DNA of 64,000 nucleotides. Source: Thermoplasmatota archaeon. Lineage in GTDB: Archaea > Thermoplasmatota > Penumbrarchaeia > Penumbrarchaeales > Penumbrarchaeaceae. A program made the translations under genes and the position numbers. The stretch lies in assembly GCA_029762535.1 (NCBI GenBank), contig JARVGK010000003.1:73216-137215 (forward strand), written 5' to 3'. The notes under the pieces were generated by a model. It was not told the origin of the DNA. It saw only the letters and a program-made list of their open reading frames with translations, and ran no database searches. This document shows, in pieces, positions 29,278-38,607 of the stretch (its first letter is position 1; each line of letters begins with the position of its first letter).

Positions 29278-30045
29278 TCAAAGAACGTTGATGAAGAGGG
29301 TGTATGCGATGAGAAGTCCGATCCCCCCGAGAATGACCCCCCCGGCGATGAGAGCCACCCCCTTCACCATGTAGTGGGAGGCGATCACCTCCTCGCCCTT
29401 GGCCGAAACTATGAGAACCCTGTCCTTGCGTATGGTGTAGGGGTTCACCAGAGCTTCGTCCTTAAGAGCGCTCTCCATGTCCATCTCGGTGGCCGTTCCC
29501 AGGACGTAGATCTCGTGATCGATGGGAAGGGACCTCTCCCTTATCCTGTACGTCCTGTTGAGTATGCCCAGAGGTCCCTTGAGAGGAAGGCCAAGCCCTC
29601 GTAGGACCCTTCCGCTATCCGGATCCACCCCTTTGAATCCGGATGTCATGACATTGAACGTATTGGCCATATGCAGATCGGCATCCTTCATAAGAACCCT
29701 GGTCAGCCCGGATCGGTCCCTGACGAGGAAGCGATCCCCCTTGCTCTCGCTGAACCGCCTTACCCAGCGGCTCCTCTTTCCGCTGCTTACCCGCTCCTCC
29801 ACGATGGCGGAGTAAGCTACGCATGGGACGTGCCCGAAGGGCGAGAAGTATCTTGAGCCAGGCACCGGATCCACGGTCCCTTTGATCTCCATCATCCCCT
29901 CTTCGACGTCCACGCTCATGCTGGTGGGGATCTCCTTGATGAGCCTGAACCGTTGAAGGGCCCTGATCCCGAAGAGGATCATGAGGGCCATTCCCGTCAG
30001 GAAGAGGAGGATGATGAGGACTATGAAAATGAATAGCCATTGCAC
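29278..30045 (-). CDS. GIDE-domain membrane protein
   Basis: Two terminal TMs; IKEIPTS, EIKGTV, FLVRDRSG, YRIRERSL..EIYVLG. Confidence 0.7.
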   Translation of the reverse strand: MQWLFIFIVLIILLFLTGMALMILFGIRALQRFRLIKEIPTSMSVDVEEGMMEIKGTVDPVPGSRYFSPFGHVPCVAYSAIVEERVSSGKRSRWVRRFSESKGDRFLVRDRSGLTRVLMKDADLHMANTFNVMTSGFKGVDPDSGRVLRGLGLPLKGPLGILNRTYRIRERSLPIDHEIYVLGTATEMDMESALKDEALVNPYTIRKDRVLIVSAKGEEVIASHYMVKGVALIAGGVILGGIGLLIAYTLFINVL

Positions 30046-30087
30046 ACAGATGGAACGTATTGCTATGTTATGTGGTTTATCCTTCGA

Positions 30088-31584
30088 TCAGAGCGTGATC
30101 CCGTAGATCCCCGAGAACTTTTCTTTGAGATAGCGGATGAAATGGTCCGCATCCGGGGCGGATCCCGTGGCCTTCTCAATGAGGACCTTCGGGGGATACA
30201 GCTTGCCCTTTGAATGTATCCTCTCCCTGAGCCAGGAGAGTATCGGCGCGAATTCGGCCGATGCGACCCTGGAGCCGAGATCGGGCATGTCCCTGAGTAT
30301 CGCGTTGTATATCTGGGCCGAGTACAGGTTTCCCAGGGTGTAGGTGGGGAAGTAGCCGAACAGCCCCATGGACCAGTGTATGTCCTGAAGGCATCCGTCG
30401 GCGTTCGTCGGCGGTCGGATCCCCAGATACTCCTCGTACTTGTCGTTCCATAATTCGGGGATCTCATCGACGCCTATCTTACCCTCCATGATCCCGGTCT
30501 CCATCTCGTACCGGATCATGATGTGCAGGTTATAGGTGACCTCGTCTGATTCGGTCCTGATGAGCGAAGGCCCGACAGTGTTCACGGCCCTGAACATTTG
30601 ATCCAGGGTCACATCGTTCATGTTGGGAAAATGCCTTTTCAGCTCCGGGAGCATGTGGGACCAGAACGGCCTGCTCCGGCCGATTATGTTCTCCCAGAAC
30701 CTGGACTGTGACTCGTGTATGCCAAGAGATACGCCCTCGGCAAGAGGTGTGAGGTAGTTATTCTCGAGATAACCCTGCTCGTAGAGGGCGTGCCCGGTCT
30801 CGTGTATCGTGGAGAACACCGAGTTCTTGAGGTTGTCGATCTCGAACCTGGTCGTCATCCTGACGTCCCTCCTGGTCCCGCTCGTGAAGGGATGAGCGGA
30901 GATGTCGAGCCTTCCTTTGTCGAAGTCGAACCCCAGCACCTTGGCCAGATGGTCGCAGAAGGCCTTCTGGTCCTCGATGGGGTATTCCCTTCTGACCACT
31001 GTTTCGTCGATGACGATCCCGGACTCCGTTATCTTTTTCACGATATCGACGAGCCTCGATCTGAGCGAGGAGAAGAGTTCGGTTATCTCCGAGGACCTCG
31101 CATAGGGTTCGTAAACGTCCAGCAGTGCGTCGTAGATGACATCATCGTATCCAACGCATTCGGCCTCTCTTTTTTTCAGCTCCACCATCTTCACAAGGTA
31201 CGGGGAGAACATGGAGAAATCGTCCTTCTTTCTGGCGTTCTGCCATGCCTGCTGGGCCACGGACTGCGTGGATGCGATCTCCTTCACCAGGTCCTCCGGG
31301 ATGGAGGTCTGCCTCCTGTAGGCCCTCCCGATCTCCCTGACGACGGCCGATACCTCTTCTCCGAGTTCGCTCTTCTCCAGAACGGAGACGAGCCTTCCGA
31401 TCTCGGGGTCGGTGACCTTTCTGTGGTGTATCGCCGAGAGGACGGACATCTGTCCCGCCCTGTCGAGTATAGCCCCTGGGGGCATGAAGGTCTCCTGGTC
31501 CCAGGAGAGATGGTTGATGGCCTGGTCGATGTAGGAGATCTCCGAATAGAGCTCCCTGAGCCTTGCATACTCCTCTTCTGCCAT
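30088..31584 (-). CDS. carboxypeptidase M32
   Basis: HPFT, HETGHALYEQG, HESQSRFWEN, IRTESDE, QDIHW, GYFPTYTLG. Confidence 0.96.
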   Translation of the reverse strand: MAEEEYARLRELYSEISYIDQAINHLSWDQETFMPPGAILDRAGQMSVLSAIHHRKVTDPEIGRLVSVLEKSELGEEVSAVVREIGRAYRRQTSIPEDLVKEIASTQSVAQQAWQNARKKDDFSMFSPYLVKMVELKKREAECVGYDDVIYDALLDVYEPYARSSEITELFSSLRSRLVDIVKKITESGIVIDETVVRREYPIEDQKAFCDHLAKVLGFDFDKGRLDISAHPFTSGTRRDVRMTTRFEIDNLKNSVFSTIHETGHALYEQGYLENNYLTPLAEGVSLGIHESQSRFWENIIGRSRPFWSHMLPELKRHFPNMNDVTLDQMFRAVNTVGPSLIRTESDEVTYNLHIMIRYEMETGIMEGKIGVDEIPELWNDKYEEYLGIRPPTNADGCLQDIHWSMGLFGYFPTYTLGNLYSAQIYNAILRDMPDLGSRVASAEFAPILSWLRERIHSKGKLYPPKVLIEKATGSAPDADHFIRYLKEKFSGIYGITL

Positions 31585-31642
31585 GGAGCATGAAAACCCG
31601 ATGTTGAATATGTAGTTTTGTCCGGCCTATTCCGGAGCGTCC

Positions 31643-32032
31643 TCATTTCTCGTCCTTTTTGCTTTTCTTTTTTTTTCGCGAAGCGGCAAAGGCGATGATC
31701 ACGATAAGGAGCACTATGAGGCCGAGGAACGAGACAGAGCAGCAAATACCCACGATCCACCAGGGGAATTCTTGCCCGTCGACCGTGGGAGGATGTCCTC
31801 CGTCCAGAGGATGCGTTCCGTCCAGATATTCCTGCAGGTTCGTCCTGCCGTCCCCGTCAGGGTCCTTGTCCGCATCCTTCACATACGGATCCGTGCCGAA
31901 CGCGATCTCCCACCAGTCGGGGATCCCGTCGCCGTCCGTGTCCTCGGCGGCAGCCGCGTTCGATAAAAAGAGAGACGAATAGAAAAGCAGAACAACGGTA
32001 AACAAGATGGACAAAGTCCTTTTGAACTTCAT
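31643..32032 (-). CDS. small exported membrane-anchored protein with Ca-binding TSP3-like repeats
   Basis: Signal peptide, DTDGDGIPDWWE and DPDGDGRTNLQEY, C-terminal TM with Lys-rich tail. Confidence 0.8.
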   Translation of the reverse strand: MKFKRTLSILFTVVLLFYSSLFLSNAAAAEDTDGDGIPDWWEIAFGTDPYVKDADKDPDGDGRTNLQEYLDGTHPLDGGHPPTVDGQEFPWWIVGICCSVSFLGLIVLLIVIIAFAASRKKKKSKKDEK

Positions 32033-32122
32033 TAAAGGATCCCCGTATGGTAACAAGGCTGATAAGGCTCTGTCGTAGAAGAAAAGAACAGATATTTAAA
32101 AAATATCCGGCATGATGGGCTA

Positions 32123-32464
32123 TCATCTGAGCTTTTTTAGCGTGCGGGGAGTCAAGGGCTCCTCCTTTTCGAGGATCTCGCCGCTGGTGTCCACGATCCA
32201 GGAGATGTAATCTGGGCCCAGCTCCTCGAAGATGGCCGCCTTGATGCGTTCCGGGACGTACATGTTGTGCAGCATGAAATCTATGGACGAGTCCTCGTGC
32301 AGCCCCCATATGTGTTGGAAGAGCTCCTCTTCAACGCCTTCCCTGGACCCACTGAACTCCACGCTGCAGAAAGGGCATTCGACGACAACGTCGATATCGG
32401 GATCCTCATCTTCGTAAAGTTCCTGGCCGTCCGCTCCCATGGAGCGTCCTTCGATGTCCGTCAT
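32123..32464 (-). CDS. hypothetical acidic protein with a C2H2-like zinc finger
   Basis: CPFC...HIWGLH. Confidence 0.6.
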   Translation of the reverse strand: MTDIEGRSMGADGQELYEDEDPDIDVVVECPFCSVEFSGSREGVEEELFQHIWGLHEDSSIDFMLHNMYVPERIKAAIFEELGPDYISWIVDTSGEILEKEEPLTPRTLKKLR

Positions 32465-32604
32465 GCGCTGCCTGCCTTGTTTCGGAGCCCCCCATGAAAG
32501 AGGACCTTATTTTATCTTTCTCCCATGGTGATACATATCCTGACAATTCAGGGACAATGATGATACACGACCGATCGATAACATATCAAAAACGGAGGAA
32601 CTAC

Positions 32605-32883
32605 ATGACCGATGAGGAGTATCTGGATTTCTACGGCGCCGAATGCGAGGGCTGCGCCATGGTATCGGGATTCATAGATGAGATCGAGGTGGAGGAGAAA
32701 GTGTCTTTCAAGAAGCTTGAGGTGTGGCACAATTCCAAGAACCAATCCCTCATGATGGAGCTATCCAAGGAGAGATGCCATACGGTTCCAATGCTCTACA
32801 ACCGCAGGACGGATTCCGTCCTGTGCGGATCCCCGACCAAGGACGACATCCTGAAATGGGTCAGGGAACAGAAATCGAAGTGA
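32605..32883 (+). CDS. small thioredoxin/glutaredoxin-like protein
   Basis: FYGAECEGC, TVPMLYN; GGAGG SD; ends 5 bp before pdhA. Confidence 0.75.
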   Translation: MTDEEYLDFYGAECEGCAMVSGFIDEIEVEEKVSFKKLEVWHNSKNQSLMMELSKERCHTVPMLYNRRTDSVLCGSPTKDDILKWVREQKSK

Positions 32884-32888
32884 TCTCT

Positions 32889-34004
32889 ATGATATTCGGA
32901 TCGTTCGATCCCCTCAAGGGGGATATGTTCCAGGTCCTTGACCCTGACGGAAAGCTCGTGGCGGAGGATCCCGGCCTTGATCCGGTCCTCATGAAGGACC
33001 TGTACAGATGGATGCTCTACGGGAGGCTAGCCGACGAGAAGGCGGTCAAGCTCCAGAGACAGGGCAGGATGGGCACATACGCTCCGGGCAAGGGCCAGGA
33101 GGCGTCCCAGGTCGGCCCAGCGCTCGCCATGGGGGATTATGACTGGCTCTTTCCATCCTTCAGGGAGCTTACCACATACATGATCAGGGGTTACCCTCTG
33201 GAGTACAACCTGCTCTATTTCATGGGCGATGTAAGGTCAAATCAGGTACCGGAAGGGACGAAAAGCCTCCCCATATTCGTCCCCGTGGCAACACAGGTGC
33301 CCATCGCCGCCGGAGCGGCGTGGGCCCTGAAGAAAAAGGGCAGCGGCTCCGTTGTGGTGTGCTACATGGGCGACGGCGCGACCTCTGAGGGCGATTTTCA
33401 TGAGGGGCTGAACTTCGCAGGTGTGTTCCGCGTCCCTGCGCTGTTCATTTCCCAGAACAATCAGTGGGCCATATCCGTTCCAAGGAAAAAGCAGACCCTG
33501 AGCCGGACAATAGCGCAGAAATCGCTCTCATACGGGATCCCAGGCGTTCTCGTGGATGGCAACGATGTGCTGGCTATGTACATTGCCGCCAGGGAGGGGA
33601 TCGAAAGGGCCAGGAACGGGGAAGGCCCGTTCTTCATAGAGGCCTTCACATACCGGAGGATGATGCACACCACCGCCGACGATCCCGGCAGATACCGGAC
33701 TCCCGAGGAGGAGGCGGAATGGGATCTGAAGGATCCCCTTCGCAGATTCAGGGCCTATCTGGAGGGAAGAGGGATCTGGACCCCTGAATGGCAGAAGCAA
33801 CTGGAAGCGGATGCGGAGGAGATGATTAAGAAAGCTGTTGAGAAGGCGGAATCATTGGGGCCCCAGGAGCCGGAGGACCTTTTCCGGCATATGTATGAGG
33901 AGATGACCCCCGCCCTTGTGGAGCAGCTGGAGTATCTGAAATTCTCCCTGGCCAACAGGGAAATAGAGGAAGAGGCCGACGAGATAAAGGGGGGATTCCC
34001 ATAG
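32889..34004 (+). CDS. pdhA: 2-oxoacid (pyruvate) dehydrogenase E1 alpha
   Basis: LQRQGRMGTY, GDGATSEGDFHEGLNFA, HTTADDP. Confidence 0.93.
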   Translation: MIFGSFDPLKGDMFQVLDPDGKLVAEDPGLDPVLMKDLYRWMLYGRLADEKAVKLQRQGRMGTYAPGKGQEASQVGPALAMGDYDWLFPSFRELTTYMIRGYPLEYNLLYFMGDVRSNQVPEGTKSLPIFVPVATQVPIAAGAAWALKKKGSGSVVVCYMGDGATSEGDFHEGLNFAGVFRVPALFISQNNQWAISVPRKKQTLSRTIAQKSLSYGIPGVLVDGNDVLAMYIAAREGIERARNGEGPFFIEAFTYRRMMHTTADDPGRYRTPEEEAEWDLKDPLRRFRAYLEGRGIWTPEWQKQLEADAEEMIKKAVEKAESLGPQEPEDLFRHMYEEMTPALVEQLEYLKFSLANREIEEEADEIKGGFP

Positions 34005-34006
34005 AG

Positions 34007-34975
34007 ATGAACATGGTCCAGGCCATCAATTCCGCCTTGAAGGTCGAGATGGAGCGCGATCCCAGCGTCGTCGTACTCGGCGAGGACGTAGGACTCAACG
34101 GAGGCGTGTTCAGGGCCACCGAGGGCCTTCAGGAGCTATTGGGCGAGGACAGGGTCATGGACACCCCTCTGGCCGAGTCGGGCATAGTGGGGTTCTCCAT
34201 AGGCGCCGCCCTCATGGGCATGAGGCCTGTGGCAGAGATACAATTCATGGGATTCCTCTGGCCCGCCATCGATCAGCTTGCGAGCCATGCCGGCAGGCTG
34301 AGGAACAGGACGCAGGGCCGCTTCTCGGTTCCGATGGTCGTCAGGTTCCCCTACGGCGGAGGCGTAAGGGCCCTGGAGCATCATGCGGAGAGCTACGAGG
34401 CTACGCTGGCGCACATCCCCGGACTCAAGGTGGTGATACCATCGACGCCGTATGATGCCAAGGGGCTGTTGATCTCCTCGATACGGGATCCTGATCCCGT
34501 CATATTCATGGAGCCGAAGAAACTGTACAGGGCCGGAAAGGAGGAGGTCCCCGAAGGGGAATACACCGAGCCGATCGGCAAGGCCAAGGTCCTTCGGGAG
34601 GGAGATGATATCACCCTAGTGGGCTGGGGATCCTTGGTCCCCAGGCTCTTGAAGGCGGCCCGGCTTATTGAGGACAAGGGGATCTCCGCGGAGGTGATCG
34701 ACGTAAGGACGATCTCTCCATACGACGAGGGAACGGTCCACGACTCCCTGGAGAAGACAGGCAGGATGCTGGTGGCGCAGGAGGCGCATCGTAATCTGGG
34801 GTTCGCCTCGGAGATCGCGGCCAGGGCTCAGGAGAAGATGATGGATGTTATGGAGGCCCCGATCCTGAGGCTGACCGGTTTCGACGTGCCGTTCCCGTTC
34901 TACAGGATGGAGAACTGGGCCATGCCCGATATTGACAGGATAATCAAGGGGATAAGGGAGGTGCTGACATGGTAG
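34007..34975 (+). CDS. pdhB: 2-oxoacid dehydrogenase E1 beta
   Basis: GEDVGLNGGVFRAT, DTPLAESGIVG, AEIQF, EHH. Confidence 0.93.
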   Translation: MNMVQAINSALKVEMERDPSVVVLGEDVGLNGGVFRATEGLQELLGEDRVMDTPLAESGIVGFSIGAALMGMRPVAEIQFMGFLWPAIDQLASHAGRLRNRTQGRFSVPMVVRFPYGGGVRALEHHAESYEATLAHIPGLKVVIPSTPYDAKGLLISSIRDPDPVIFMEPKKLYRAGKEEVPEGEYTEPIGKAKVLREGDDITLVGWGSLVPRLLKAARLIEDKGISAEVIDVRTISPYDEGTVHDSLEKTGRMLVAQEAHRNLGFASEIAARAQEKMMDVMEAPILRLTGFDVPFPFYRMENWAMPDIDRIIKGIREVLTW

Positions 34976-36162
34976 TGGAGTTCAGGTTCCCCGACGTGGG
35001 GGAGGGAATAACCGAAGGCAGATTGAAGAAATGGCATGTCGCCGAAGGTGATCAGATCAAGGAGGACCAGATAGTCGCCGAGATGGAGACCGACAAGGCG
35101 GTGGTGGAGATGCCCTCCCCGGCCTCCGGCAAGGTCCTGAAATTGAACTTCCTCGAGAACGAGAAGGTCAGGGTGGGGGAGGTCCTCCTCGTCATAGGCG
35201 GAGAGGGTGAGAAGGCCGGGGACACTGTTCAGGCAACGGCGGCCGTGGCGCCCCCCAAGGAGGGTTCATTGGGGGGCCTTCTGGGCAGGAGAAGGCCTTC
35301 TTCGACCAGGGCGATCCCGCGGGTCAGGATGCTGGCCGAGGAGAAGGGGGTGGACATGGAAAGCATCCCGGGCACGGGACCGGAGGGAAGGGTCACCGAG
35401 GAGGACGTGCTCAAAGCCGCGGCGCCGAAGAAGAAACCCCTTAAGATCAAGTCGAACTTCGATTTCTACGGACACATAGATCACGTTCCGTACACTGGCA
35501 TGAGGGAGGTAATCGGCAGGAGGATGTCGGAATCCAAGTTCACGGCTCCTCACGCCACGACCATGGACGATGCCGATGTGACCGGGCTCTACAAGCTTAG
35601 GAAGAGGATCAACTCCGAGAAGGATATACATCTCACTTTCATACCCTATCTCATCATGACCGTCGTAGAGGCCCTCAAGGAGAACCCGATGCTAAACGCG
35701 ATGCTTGATCCAGAGAACGAGGACATCATCGTGAAAAAGTACTACAACATCGGGATCGCAGTGGACACCCCCAACGGGTTGATGGTCCCCGTCGTAAAGA
35801 GGGTGGAGCAGAAGAAGATGAAAGGTATCCAGAAGGAGATAGAGGGCCTCGTGGAGAGGGCCAAGGATAGGTCGATCGACCTTGCCGATCTCAAGGGCGG
35901 GACCTTCACGATCTCCAATTACGGGTCGATTGGAGGGATATACGGGGTACCCGTCATCAATTTCCCGGAGGTGGCGATCCTTGGGGTAGGGAGGATAAGG
36001 GACATGCCCGTGGTCAAGGACGGGAAGATAGCGATCCGAAAGGTAATGGGATTGTCCCTGTCGATCGACCACAGGGTGGTCGATGGAGGCAACGCCTCGA
36101 GGTTCCTCAACAGGGTCATAGAGCTTCTGGAGGATCCGAAATGGCTTTCGGATAAGGTCTGA
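34969..36162 (+). CDS. pdhC: dihydrolipoamide acyltransferase E2
   Basis: Lipoyl ETDKA, E3-binding GTGPEGRVT, catalytic DHRVVDG. Confidence 0.94.
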   Translation: MVVEFRFPDVGEGITEGRLKKWHVAEGDQIKEDQIVAEMETDKAVVEMPSPASGKVLKLNFLENEKVRVGEVLLVIGGEGEKAGDTVQATAAVAPPKEGSLGGLLGRRRPSSTRAIPRVRMLAEEKGVDMESIPGTGPEGRVTEEDVLKAAAPKKKPLKIKSNFDFYGHIDHVPYTGMREVIGRRMSESKFTAPHATTMDDADVTGLYKLRKRINSEKDIHLTFIPYLIMTVVEALKENPMLNAMLDPENEDIIVKKYYNIGIAVDTPNGLMVPVVKRVEQKKMKGIQKEIEGLVERAKDRSIDLADLKGGTFTISNYGSIGGIYGVPVINFPEVAILGVGRIRDMPVVKDGKIAIRKVMGLSLSIDHRVVDGGNASRFLNRVIELLEDPKWLSDKV

Positions 36163-36184
36163 TCCCGTAGTGAATTTTGTTTAG

Positions 36185-36267
36185 TTAGTTCTGCTCTGTG
36201 GAACTAAGTGAATAAAAATTACCATGTTTATAGTAAAATATAATTAGAACTTCTACTATAAGTAGAA
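36185..36267. promoter_or_regulatory. two inverted repeats upstream of the AbiE-like operon
   Basis: TTAGTTC-N9-GAACTAA (36185-36207) and TTCTACT-ATA-AGTAGAA (36251-36267). Confidence 0.5.
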
Positions 36268-36270
36268 TTA

Positions 36271-37062
36271 ATGGATACAAATTACTATCTGACCCCTTCG
36301 GAACAGAGAATACTTAACGTCATCGATAACGCCTCTTTCATTGAAAAGAAGGCTCTCTCCGAACATTTGTATGGAATGAACGATAAGAATCTGGATAAGG
36401 GCTTGACCTCCCTCTCGAGAAAAGGGGAGATCTTCCGATTGAAGAGAGGTTTCTATATCAGGACGGGAGCCAGAGGCATCGATACGACATTGATCCTGAG
36501 AGCAGCTCCAGTGGCATACGGAGGTTACATCGCCTTCGATACCGCTTTGCGAATCTACGACCTTCTCGATTATGAACCGTTCACTATCATGGTATCAACT
36601 CCTTATCATTCGGGGTCGATCCCTATCTGTCAGTATGAGATAGTCTATACTTCAATGGGGGAAAGATGCCGGGGCCAGGTCAATCAAGATGGGATATGGG
36701 TGTCCGATCTGGAGAAGACCTTTTTCGATTGTTTCTACAGACCTGACCTTTCCGGAGGATACCAGAACATCTCCAAAGCAATAGCTCAGGTCAAGGACCT
36801 ATCATGGAAAAGGTTCGGTTCCTATCTTCAGAGACTTGGGACCGACCCTCTCAGGCAAAGAGTTGGTTACATCACTTCAAAAGTCCTTGCATCAAGGATC
36901 GATGATGAGATCAAGGAGTTCCTTGAAGGATTGAAAGGATCGGTGAAGACACCGACCCGTCTGCTTCCAAGCGGCCCCACAGGGGGAAAATCGAATAAAG
37001 AATGGAAGGTTCAGGATAATTTGGGTATAAATGTTTGGGGAGAGTGGATGAGTGGTCATTGA
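36271..37062 (+). CDS. AbiEi-like type IV antitoxin / transcriptional regulator
   Basis: N-terminal wHTH (IFRLKRGFY), GYIAFDTAL, VSDLEKTFFDC. Confidence 0.85.
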   Translation: MDTNYYLTPSEQRILNVIDNASFIEKKALSEHLYGMNDKNLDKGLTSLSRKGEIFRLKRGFYIRTGARGIDTTLILRAAPVAYGGYIAFDTALRIYDLLDYEPFTIMVSTPYHSGSIPICQYEIVYTSMGERCRGQVNQDGIWVSDLEKTFFDCFYRPDLSGGYQNISKAIAQVKDLSWKRFGSYLQRLGTDPLRQRVGYITSKVLASRIDDEIKEFLEGLKGSVKTPTRLLPSGPTGGKSNKEWKVQDNLGINVWGEWMSGH

Positions 37063-37864
37063 TCCGGATGATATCGAAAGGATCTCCAGGAAGAGGGGTC
37101 TGGGACTAAAGTTCGTTTCAAAGGATATGAAGATATCCATTCTACTGGAGGCGATCTCGGCATGGGAGGGCCTGGATTTCGCCCTGAAGGGTGGGACGGC
37201 CATCAACAGACTCTACTTGAAGAATGACCAGAGGTTCTCCGAGGACATAGATATAGACCTTTTCGGCCCGGGAAGGATCGATGAGAGATTATCCAGGGTC
37301 AGAGAACTGTTCGATGATATCCAGGGGTTCGATATCATCGGCCCCAGGATGCTTTATCATAACGCCAGATTCGATGCGATCTACACAAGCGAGTTCGGAG
37401 AAAAGGACCGGGTGATGCTCGATATCAACATAGGATATGACAGGTCCTACTGCGTGAACCCGATCGAGAGAAGACCGATAACGTCTTCGATTATAGCCTA
37501 TCCCTCTGCGATGGTCCCGGTATATTCTATGGAGGATCTTTTGGCCCAGAAGTTCATGGCGCTTGAAAACAGGATCGAGGGGAAGGATGTCTACGACATC
37601 AAGATGGCACTAAATACCAAGTTCGATGTGGGGATTCTAAAAAGTTCGATCATCCAGCGACTTGAAATGATGAAAATGGAAAAAGACCTGTCATCCTTCC
37701 TGGATTCCCTTATGGAAAGACGCGACCTCTTTTTAGACAATTGGGTTAGGATAATGAATGCGACCAATCATTATCTCCCAAAGGACAGAAGACCCGATTG
37801 GCGCTCCTTCATTAGGACCCTCTTCGACGATATTCAAGATAAGGTCATAGGCGAGATCCAATAA
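37052..37864 (+). CDS. AbiEii-like nucleotidyltransferase toxin
   Basis: LKGGTAINRLY, RFSEDIDID, K.MAL..R..GKDVYD; overlaps the antitoxin gene. Confidence 0.9.
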   Translation: MVIDPDDIERISRKRGLGLKFVSKDMKISILLEAISAWEGLDFALKGGTAINRLYLKNDQRFSEDIDIDLFGPGRIDERLSRVRELFDDIQGFDIIGPRMLYHNARFDAIYTSEFGEKDRVMLDINIGYDRSYCVNPIERRPITSSIIAYPSAMVPVYSMEDLLAQKFMALENRIEGKDVYDIKMALNTKFDVGILKSSIIQRLEMMKMEKDLSSFLDSLMERRDLFLDNWVRIMNATNHYLPKDRRPDWRSFIRTLFDDIQDKVIGEIQ

Positions 37865-37964
37865 ACTGTGAATGATCGGTGTAAAGGACGACTCTCTCGG
37901 GGTGGACATCCCTCCGATCGGTTGAGGTCGGGCATGGATCGCCAATGTTCAGGCGTTCGTAGGA

Positions 37965-38441
37965 TCACCCTTCGACATGCTTGCAGATCGCTATCGGGGA
38001 TCTGTTCTTGATCCCCATCGCCTCCAGATCCAGAGGGCTCACAAGGATCCGGTCGTTGTCCCTGGCATCTATCTGGTGTGCCCTCAGTTTGCAGTTCTTG
38101 TCGCAATGGATGATGTCCACCATGTCCCCGCTCCTCAATTCGAGATAATCCATTACCACCTTGGGGATCATGACATGGCCCGTATATCCCATGGGCTCCT
38201 TCTGGATGTGGACCTTCTTCGTCTTTAGGTATCTTTCGGCGATCTTTTGATCCATATCGTCGAGGAGCCGGAAGACCTTGACCTTGATCTCATGCTCGGT
38301 GATCCCCGGATGGGGATCTATCATGTCCGCTATCATGTTCGATGAATCGCTGTCCAGGCCTACCGTCTTAAGCGATTCGACGATCTTCTTTCTGCGGAAC
38401 CTCTCCTGGGTCCCATCTTCCAGTGTCACCCTGTCGCTCAT
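37965..38441 (-). CDS. hypothetical protein with an N-terminal ATP-cone-like domain
   Basis: VTLEDGTQERFRRKKIVESL; GGAGGTGA SD upstream. Confidence 0.6.
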   Translation of the reverse strand: MSDRVTLEDGTQERFRRKKIVESLKTVGLDSDSSNMIADMIDPHPGITEHEIKVKVFRLLDDMDQKIAERYLKTKKVHIQKEPMGYTGHVMIPKVVMDYLELRSGDMVDIIHCDKNCKLRAHQIDARDNDRILVSPLDLEAMGIKNRSPIAICKHVEG

Positions 38442-38607
38442 GTTATCACCTCCAATATGAAGATCCCACCCTCCCATCCAGAAGAAGATGAGAGATCCGT
38501 GAATATATTGTTCCACAGGGTATTTAAAGGTTCATGCTAAGCGAAGACCGATGTTTTTGACCATATACATTCTGATGCGGTTCACAAGAGGTTCAATATT
38601 GTTGAAC

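Noticed and set aside
30715-31593. Long antisense or alternative-frame ORFs (this one, 9143-9964, 47215-48036 and others)
   Set aside because: They are shadows of well-supported GC-rich genes and have no motifs of their own.
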